Positions 34,554 through 43,826 of a stretch of DNA of 43,826 bases are shown here, piece after piece (position 1 is the stretch's first letter; every line of letters starts with the position of its first letter). The notes under the pieces were generated by a model. That model searched no databases. It worked only from the letters and a program-made list of their open reading frames with translations, and was not told the DNA's origin. Source of the DNA: Tubiluchus corallicola (taxonomy: Eukaryota; Animalia; Priapulida); NCBI GenBank assembly GCA_030141605.1, contig JAQGDQ010001378.1:1-43826 (forward strand), written 5' to 3'. The translations under genes and the position numbers were made by a program.

Positions 34554-37500
34554 CTAAAACCTATTTCCAAGCTGACTGTCTAACCACTCAGCTTCTTCTC
34601 CTGTTAACACCAGCTTTTCATTCTCCAGTTTCACCTCTTTTTCCTTCCACATGCCGACTCTAATGTAATTGGAGCCACCACACTTTCTAAATAAAAATTA
34701 AAAAAGACGATTTCTCAAAAGTGAAAAATTACTACGTAGAACGTAACATTTGTCATACACCAATAAAAATCTGTCATTAGTTTGACAATTTATACCAAAC
34801 CAGCTTTATACACATTGACAAGTTTTCATGTCAAAATGTGGAGTGCAGTCTCTGGTATGCAAGATGCTTTGTCTGTAACTGATATATCTAAATACAGAAG
34901 TCCAGCAACATGGGTAAAGATTTCTCAGTGTAGCTTCTTTTGCAATAGCACCACTTTACACAAAGCTAAAAGGGCCAAAAAGTTGCAAAACGTATAGAAT
35001 GTTCAATGTTTAAGCTTGCAGGAAAAGTTTGCAATTGATTAATTATTATGCAAGTCATTTCATTAAATATAACTTGCGAAAACTTCATTATCTAAAAATT
35101 ATTCGCACTACAGTTAGAAAGATATACATATAATATTGGAGTTTGTATATATATATATAGTGCAGTTTATAAAATAGGTATGACAATTTTTGTTAAATAA
35201 GATTCTTTCTTCCATTTTCGCTGCACTTAGTCACACTTACTCAGTATGTTGAAATAAAAAAATAAGTGAAAAATTTGGTAACTTGTCAAGAGCATGCATT
35301 CAACTTACTTGCATGCATGATTTGGATAACGTGTTATTGTCATAACTCTCTTCTTGCAATCTTTACATTCAAAGAACCGCCTGAAAACTTCTCGCTGGAC
35401 AAGAGTATGTCCATCTGCTCGGCAAATATCTGACGGCTTAAACAGACAAGTCGTTTTACACTGCAAACAAAACCAAAATCCATACGCATAAAAGCTGCAG
35501 GTAAAAGTAAACAAATTACGTGTTTCAAAAACACAAGCATTTTCCCCTGTGACCTAGCAATAATGACAATAAGTGTGGCAATAATAATAATAATAATAAT
35601 ACAGCTTCAAAGAGTGAATAACTACATTGAAACCCAGGGCTGTAGAGTTTGTACATTAAACTCCTGACTCTGGCTCCTAGAATTTTATAAGATCCAACTC
35701 CGACTCCTAAAATTTTGGGAGCCCCAATTCCCGGCTCCTGCCTTTAAGTAATAGCTTGTATCTTTTCATCACTACTTCTTATGCTCGAAAAACAGTCTAG
35801 TTGCACAGACACCAATGTGAAAGTATCCCTAATTGGGACGTTATGTTTAAATGCATTAAAAGTTAAAAGTAACTGGAGTTTGAGTTTGCCAATTTTTTTA
35901 CCGACTCTAACACCGATTTCTCTAACAATAAGTGCACTCCCGAGTTCTAACTCCAACTCCAAAGCCCTAAGTTTTAACAACTCCGACTCCCTTAAGGGTA
36001 AATTTACTGTCAACTATGATTCCACGACTCTGACTCCACAGCCCTGTTTAAACCTTCAATGAACTATGCCAATTCACTGCTAATTTCACTTTCGACATTG
36101 ATAAACCATCCTTTTGAAAATGTCATTAGAGTCAATTTTTACCTGCTTACAGTGGTAAGCCACACTCTTCATTTCCATAGTAGTTGCCATCTTGTTTTCT
36201 AGCATTTCCTTCTTTTCCAGTTTGTTAAAGTATTTCTCTTCCTCTTCCAACTCAATCTGAAAGCGCCGAAGTGAAAGAGTTCAAGTACAGCTTAATTTTA
36301 AAATCAACAAACTGACGATTACTGCAGCATGCCATGTTAGTGTGTCGGTAAAAATTATACTAAATGCGACAAAGCACTCTGCTCTTGCGAGATGTCTACA
36401 CTCGAGTTATTCCCAAAAAGCAATCCCCATTACCTTTAGAGTAAATAAGAAAGAAAAAATTGCATATTAATGCCAACAAGTAAAAACTTCTTTAAGATTA
36501 ACACACATTTAGGCATCTCACTGTAGCATCAAAAAGCACTTGTTTCTACCAACAGTCAGTTTTTCTTGCTGTTTTCAAGTGCTTATATTACTAGAAATCT
36601 GGATCGTTATTTTAAATGTAAAATTTCAGATTTGTGATGAAAGTACTTGCCTGATCCACCGCATCTTGATGGGCTGATTTTCGGTTTAAAATTTTCTTAA
36701 ATTCCTCTGAATTTATATCAATCTTGTCAAGCTTAGATCTTTTTGTTGATGGCCGTTCGGATTCTGAAGAAACAAGCATGATACGCTTAAGCTTGGTCAA
36801 TAGATTTAAAAACCATTCGTGAGCACAGAGAGATTAATAGACTCACAAAAAGTGAAGCAATAATGGATACCATGTTGTACAATACAAAAACTGCATTCGA
36901 CTGTTAGGCAGGTACACGTTTGTGCGGTACCCTCGTGTGGTACTCATTTGAAGTATTATTCGATATCCAGGCTAGCAATCGCTCTCTGCACTTGAGTGGC
37001 ATTTACATCTACGTCTGAGTCATACAAGATATATAAAAAACGTGAAAAAAACAATGTAAGAAGACTTCCCTCATGCTGTAGCGGATAGCCCTATAGGCTG
37101 AATAGGCTGAAGCCTAAGGCCCGGGATCAAAAGGGGCCCGGCAAAATAAAACGAAAAAAAAATTTTTTGTAAAAAAAAAATAAATTGACAAAAGAGCAAG
37201 GGGCCCGCCAAAATAAAATATAGAAAAAAGTTTTTTTTTCAAAAGTCAGTCACTATATTTCTAATCGGGTTTACACAAATCAAGTTTACACAATTTAAGT
37301 TTACACAATTCAAGTCAACACAATTTAAGTTTACACAATTCACGTTTACACAGTTTACGTTTACGTTCAAAATTTCAGTTTCCGAATTTTTCTGGGGGCA
37401 AGGTCAGTTATAATTTCTGAAAAGTCCATTTTTTTTCAACATATCTGACACAAAAACACGTCAGCTCAGCAGTGTAGCAACATTTAAAAGGCCCGTTCCA

Positions 37501-40500
37501 AGCTCAAGCCTAAGGCCCATAAAATCATAATCCGCCGCTGCCCTCATGTCCTGGTCATGCTTCAGACCACGTGGCTAAAGTTAAATATTCTCATTTCACA
37601 GTACAAACAATTTGACAAAATAAAGCATGGAAGAAAGGTGATGCATCTGTTCTCCAGGGAGTAACATTTTGCCATTGCAAACTGTGCATCTTATACAAAG
37701 TAAAAGTACGATTTATGCTGTTTTGTGCAGAATTACATATCAAATCGCATAAAATGTGAATAAAGGAATACGTGTACTTCAATCTGTCAAAAATAAGCAG
37801 AACTGTAAGGTGTTACACTTAATGATCCATTTTACAGTTTGCCGCTTAAATACTCATAGGACATTACAAATTTAAACCACGATCATCAGCCTATTCATTG
37901 TAGTTTCATTCTAGCAGCATAAGCCATCACATATTGGTGTCCAGGGTTTTATCACAATAACAATATTATACACTGCCTACGTCATGTACTTTACAAAGAT
38001 TTCAAAATATTCTGAAAGCAAAGCTAATTAGGAAGCTGTCTTGCTGAAGTACAACACAACATCAAAGCAATGCTGGAACTGATAACCTATGCATTACAAA
38101 GGACAATCCTATGTAACTAACCATCCTGATGCTGCGCCATAAACCATGGCAAGTAAAAAAAAGATAATATTGATAATAATAATAATAAAAAGATAATGTT
38201 TTCTAAAAATGTGAAATTGTGAATGAAAACAAACCATCACATGCAGTGGAAACTCGCTTCCTTATCTCCTCCTGCTGTTTATCACTCAAATGTTTCTTGA
38301 TTTCATTTGGATTTGATTTCTTAATAGAGATCTTATCAGACTTGGCTTTCCTCATCGCAAGCAACTGAAAATATAAAAAAAAAGAATAATAAGATAAAAT
38401 AAAATAAAATAAGATGAAAAATAATATAAGTAAAAATAAATGTAACTTCCTAATTTTCTCATTGGCGAATAAAACAGTAAAAAGTTTAACAGTGGCTAGG
38501 CAAGAGAAAGGTAATAGACAGGTAAAGGTAAGAACTATCACCTAAAACGGTGAAGTAAACTCAGGTAAATTTAATAAAACAATTTACTTAAAAATACAAA
38601 CAACTCTGATCTTTTGGAACATACCACGGAATATTGAAAAAACTGAAAAAAGTTCTTTAGTAAATACATAAAGCATGCATTTACTAACTAAAATGTGAAG
38701 CTATTTTCTACCAACTGACAGCTGCATTACCTAAAAGTTTGTGCACTTAACTGAACTAGCTGATGAATATCTCGTGCTATTATAACTCATGCTTGAATTC
38801 ACTACATACAAACATGCAATGTTGAAATCCCAAACCTTTGCAGCACTGACTGGTTGAGCTAATTTCATCTCCACGTTGTCCAACTCTAACATCTTTCCAG
38901 GCTTAATGTCTTTGCCAAGTTTCGGAACTGACGGGAGGCCGCTCAGCTGTTTCTTAGTGCTAGTGGTCCGTATACTTGACTCAGTCAGCTTTAGCAGCTC
39001 AGCAGGACTGATGGTTTTAACTTTACCCTCATTCTCTGAAAGTCAGGCAGCTAGTATATGTTGTGACCGAATAAATATGAAACTCCTTATGAATGATTTT
39101 TAAGAACATTTAAACAAATTCCCAAAGAGTTGTAGCAGTAACTATAGTGTACATAAGACAAATAAATACTGTAAGATGCAATTTTCTGTTCCACACTCAC
39201 AATTGATTTTTAAATATAAAAGCAGCATGAGCCTTACAGGTGTTATTGCAGAGCGGGTTTGCAACAAAACATCCTGAAGATTCTGGCTATTGAAAATACC
39301 TGCATGGCAACATGGATTCCAAGGATTCAGTGCGCTTACATATTTAATACTCTAGCTACAGTACAGTGATTAGCTTGCTACTATGGCACAATACTGACAG
39401 TCTAATGGATGCCAAACTTGCACAAGCTTGAAATAAAACATGTTTGTAACAAAGATGGATCCCTTATCATCTTGCAAAAATTCCTCTAGAAGTGCATCGG
39501 CAGAATAAATTTCACGCATAAATTTGATGAATAAATTTGGCAGAATAAGTTTGAGGTTAATATTTATGAGGGCTGGGATACTATAGTACAAAATTAACAA
39601 GACCTTAAAATCTTTGTCACAATGAAATGACGAAGAGCAATACCAGGAAAAACAAAGAAACCATCACTCACTTGCTTTTAGTTCTTCGTCTGTTGTCAAA
39701 TGCTTGATAAGGTTCATAGAACCAGTGCTAGGTGTCGCTAGCATATTGCCCAAGTCTTGGTTGTTTGCAACAACCTTTTGTACCTTATCCACCTGTTCCT
39801 TGTCTAGCTGCTTGAATGCATAAGTGCTGACTTTTTCTGCCAAGGCTGCATTGGCTTCTGCCTCAGCTTCTTGTCGAATGCGAATAGCTGTGTTTTTAAA
39901 CTTGACACCTAGACTTTCCAAAGTAGTTTTATCCTTTTTCTTTAAATGTGAATTTTTACTGAAAAAAAGTGAAAATAATTATGAAGTAAACCCATTGTGC
40001 AGTACAACTTTTTTATTATATTAATGGTACTTGTTACTCGATGAAAGATCTGATTTTATCTTACTTTTGTAAAAAACTAAGGCATCAAACATAAATCACC
40101 ATTTACTGTCTCTAAACAATAGCCAATATGTAATAACATTCAATCAAACGCTTGATTTTCATTTAATTAGTTAAGCTCTTAAATTAAATTCTATAATTTT
40201 AATTTCAAAGCAATAAAAATTTGAATTTATAAAACACATTTGTTACCCCACTTGAGGAATGAACTGGTGGGTGTGGTTACCACCATAAATGAAACCCTCC
40301 CTCATGATCTTATCTCGAAGCATAGCACGCTTGGGTTCTGGAGCGGCGTAACTGGCACTTAGCTCAGTTCGTTTTGATGAAATTGATTTGTAGGCTGCTT
40401 TCATGTGACTGGGACAGAACTCACAAACTGACCTGAAAATTCAAAATGAGAACAACGGAAAATTACCTTGAATTTACTTGAATTCTAGTCAAGTTTCTTC

Positions 40501-42916
40501 TGATGTATAATATAAATAATGGGCGTTACTTTGACAAGTTTATAATGCTACAACACTCATAAAACAAAATTCGAACTTACGCAATGGAGTGTCACGCAAG
40601 GTAGACTAACACTTATGCCTAATTAACAGTATTCATAAAACATATTCACAAAGAAATCTAAAAAGCAAAACCTGAAATCTTTCAGAATATCAAAAATGTG
40701 TTATTAATTAACTCACTTGTTGACAAACATGGTGCACTTGTCTCCATTTTTGGTTCTTCCCAAACACCAACTTAAATCCTTAGACTGGCCCATCACCATA
40801 ATCTTTCTCCAATCATCCACTTTTAAAGGTAAGTCACCAGACTAAAATTCAAAGACGCCATATATATTGTACGGTGCAATCAGTGTTAGTATAAAATACC
40901 TCTGGGTATCAGTCTTAATGGAAACCAGTAGTTTTTTTTGGGCAAAAGCAAGGATACATGATCACAAACTATGTTTTTATAACAAATAACTATTTGTGTG
41001 ATGAATACTGAACTTTCAGATGATGGCTGCTAGAGTTTTATGTGATGACTGCTGGAGTTTATTCGATGACTGCTAAAGTTTAATGTGATGACTGCTGGAG
41101 TTTATTCGATGACTGCTGAAGTTTTATGCTATGAATGCTGGTGTTTTATTTGATAACTGCCAGAGTTTTTTGTACTGACTGCTGTAATTTTATGTGATGA
41201 CCACAAGAGGTTTATTTAGAAACTGCCGGAGTTTTGTGTAATTACTGACAGACTCAGAGTTTTGGGTTTCATACATTTAGCATTTTAATTCTAATGAATG
41301 ATATCACATTATTCAACAAAACAATGTTTACATCGCTCTTTTTAATTTCATTGTTTCTTATTGCTCCATGTAAGTTTCAACAATTTAGTGATGTACTCTT
41401 AGTATAATGAAAAAAATAATTATTAAAGTAAACATGTTAACATCGTCAAGCCTGTCAATAAACAAACTTTTACTCATCCACAACGTTGTGTTTAGGGACA
41501 ATATTCAAGCAGCTAGAGAGGTAACCAAAGATACTAGATTAACATTCCAACCAGGTACCTTCTCTTTCCCTGTCATGAAAGATGCATTCAGGATGCCCAC
41601 GACAGTTCCCACTGATGTTTTCCACAGTTGTTGATGTACCTCTCCAAATAAGAAGAGAGAGACAACATTCTTACACAGCAAGCTTTGACCCTGCAGGTCA
41701 CTCAGTCGCCATATCAAGTACTTGTTTCCCTAGAAACATTAAGGAGATTGCTAAAGATTCCAAATCACACTAGAAAAAATAAGCAAAAATGATATAAACT
41801 TATATACACGCAGTTCAAAAATGCCTGCATATGTTTAGCACTGGCATGGTTTGCTTGCTGTGCCTGGCCAGTGCACACATCCTAGTTCTGTAATAAAGTA
41901 GACAGAAAGTGAGGTAGCATCTTTTCTAACCTGTTTAGAAACTTGTCAATGTTAGCAAAATCCATCGCACTCTAGTCTTGTGTTACACTTAGGAACAAAT
42001 TCTATCACAATAAAACAGGAAAGGTAGCTTGACAATATTTCGAGTCTTTGTTTGGCTTACCTAATAATTGAAACAAATGAAATAAAGGATTTACGTCTTA
42101 ATAAAAGAACTTTGCTTTATTCTATAAATCCTCAGGATCTTTCCTCTTTCAGATCTATTTCGTTAAAAATTACACAAGATTTCTTGAATTGATGTCAGCT
42201 AAAGGTCTTTAAATTAGATTTAAAATGTAATCTCACATTAGAAGCAACTTTAGTGCTAGTTTTGGATACAATCACACCAATAGAGACCCAGTCGCCCTCT
42301 ATATCACCATTTCTCATCTGATCACGAATCTGAGACATGTGGACCATTCGCCTTCCAACCATCCTCTGCTTCATCAGCGTAGAAGAAATCAGAGGATTCC
42401 TGAAACAAGCACAGTTTACAAAAATTACGTATATGTTGCCATGGCAACCAGCTCAATTCAGTGACTTTTACACTATACAATATATGTAACATGCTTTCTT
42501 AAAATCAAGTAGTATATTTCTGATGCGTGAAGTCAGAAATTTGCATTCCATTCTGATCACAACAAATGTGTTCTGCTTTATTCTGTTGAAATATTACGTT
42601 CATTTATTTTGCACAATCAGCAACAAATTTGAGTGAAATGATGAGTACTACAGCACTACTCAACCTAAATGCGAAATAGCCTTTACTCACATAATTCGCA
42701 ACTTTGAATAGGCATCAATTTCTACACTTGCTTCCTCTTTTTCCATGTTGGAAAACTGCTTAGTTTTCCAAGTAGTTCGTTTTTTGTTTTTCTGGATAAG
42801 AGCCGTATCATAACTTGGCGTGTGAGCTTGTCTGGTTTTTGTTTGGCAGGTGACATCTGCAGGTTTATCCTCCGCACGCCCACCACCGTACTCATCATAC
42901 TCATCATCTGAGTAAC
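34554..42916 (-). CDS. MCM10: Minichromosome maintenance protein 10, internal and C-terminal domains; 5' end lies outside the window
   Basis: Phase-consistent minus-strand exons 42916-42691, 42399-42237, 41729-41559, 40841-40717, 40432-40247, 39958-39672, 39035-38836, 38364-38235, 36763-36651, 36256-36143, 35460-35309, 34686-34554 (TAG). OB-fold motifs YSKLRIMNPLISS, DWVSIGVIV, IWRLSDL, VSLFLFGEVHQQLWKT; CCCH finger CLGRTKNGDKC..CEFCPSH; C-terminal YFNKLEKKEMLENKM and RRFFECKDCKKR..PNHACKKCG. Confidence 0.95.
35635..36046. mobile_element. hAT-like MITE in an MCM10 intron (412 bp)
   Basis: TIR CAGGGCTGTAGAGT / ACTCCACAGCCCTG (13/14), 8-bp TSD TTGAAACC / TTTAAACC (7/8), and many internal (G/A)ACTCC hexamers. 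Confidence 0.8.
37076..37540. mobile_element. hAT-like MITE in an MCM10 intron (465 bp)
   Basis: Perfect 8-bp TSD CCCTCATG (37068-37075 and 37541-37548), TIR CTGTAGCGGAT / ATCCGCCGCTG (8/11), and subterminal AAGCCTAAGGCCC at both ends. Confidence 0.85.
37269..37365. repeat. 15-bp tandem repeat inside the hAT-like MITE
   Basis: About 6 copies of GTTTACACAATT(T/C)AA. Confidence 0.85.
41021..41240. repeat. 21-22 bp minisatellite in an MCM10 intron
   Basis: About 10 copies of GATGACTGCTGGAGTTT(T)AT(GT/TC), decaying toward the right. Confidence 0.85.
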
Positions 42917-43004
42917 CTTGGAGATACAAAAATTAAGAATAAAGTGAGAAGTCTCATTGTTTTATCACTTGAAAAGTAACGCCATAAAATCTTTTATCAT
43001 TCAA

Positions 43005-43704
<700 letters not shown>

Positions 43705-43826
43705 AAACAGACGAAATTAAATCAGATCTCTCCTGGTGGTGAAAATGGCAAGCAGTTAAAACTTACAACTAAAACAAATTATACTAAAAGGGCACTTCCG
43801 TGCAGAAATGCCTATGTCACAAAACA

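Noticed and set aside
35744-36062. ORFs on both strands (89 and 93 aa)
   Set aside because: They lie almost entirely within the hAT-like MITE and arise from its hexamer repeats; no transposase similarity.
41021-41240. CRISPR-like array
   Set aside because: The units are contiguous with no unique spacers, and the context is a eukaryotic intron.

Overview
AT-rich, intron-containing invertebrate-type animal genomic DNA. It is not prokaryotic, and most of the ORF track is intronic noise. I rebuilt five protein-coding genes by hand from splice sites and checked reading-frame phase at every junction. In order: the 3' end of an inositol 1,4,5-trisphosphate receptor (ITPR, +, 9 exons); an intronless, divergent HEXIM (-); IFRD (+, head-to-head with HEXIM, one coding exon apparently lost in a 177-N gap); an intronless DNA primase small subunit PRIM1 (+); and the 3' part of MCM10 (-, 12 exons, one GC-AG intron), convergent with PRIM1. 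Introns and intergenic DNA hold several non-autonomous DNA transposons (piggyBac-, hAT-, Tc1/mariner- and Harbinger-like) plus simple repeats. The best leads are: a multi-uORF leader on IFRD whose stop contexts resemble known recoding or stalling signals; a HEXIM with the PYNT motif changed to PMNS; a hairpin-rich region and a GC-rich exon-like island downstream of HEXIM; and the PRIM1/MCM10 pairing. These are hypotheses from sequence alone; I see no clear-cut novel multi-gene system.
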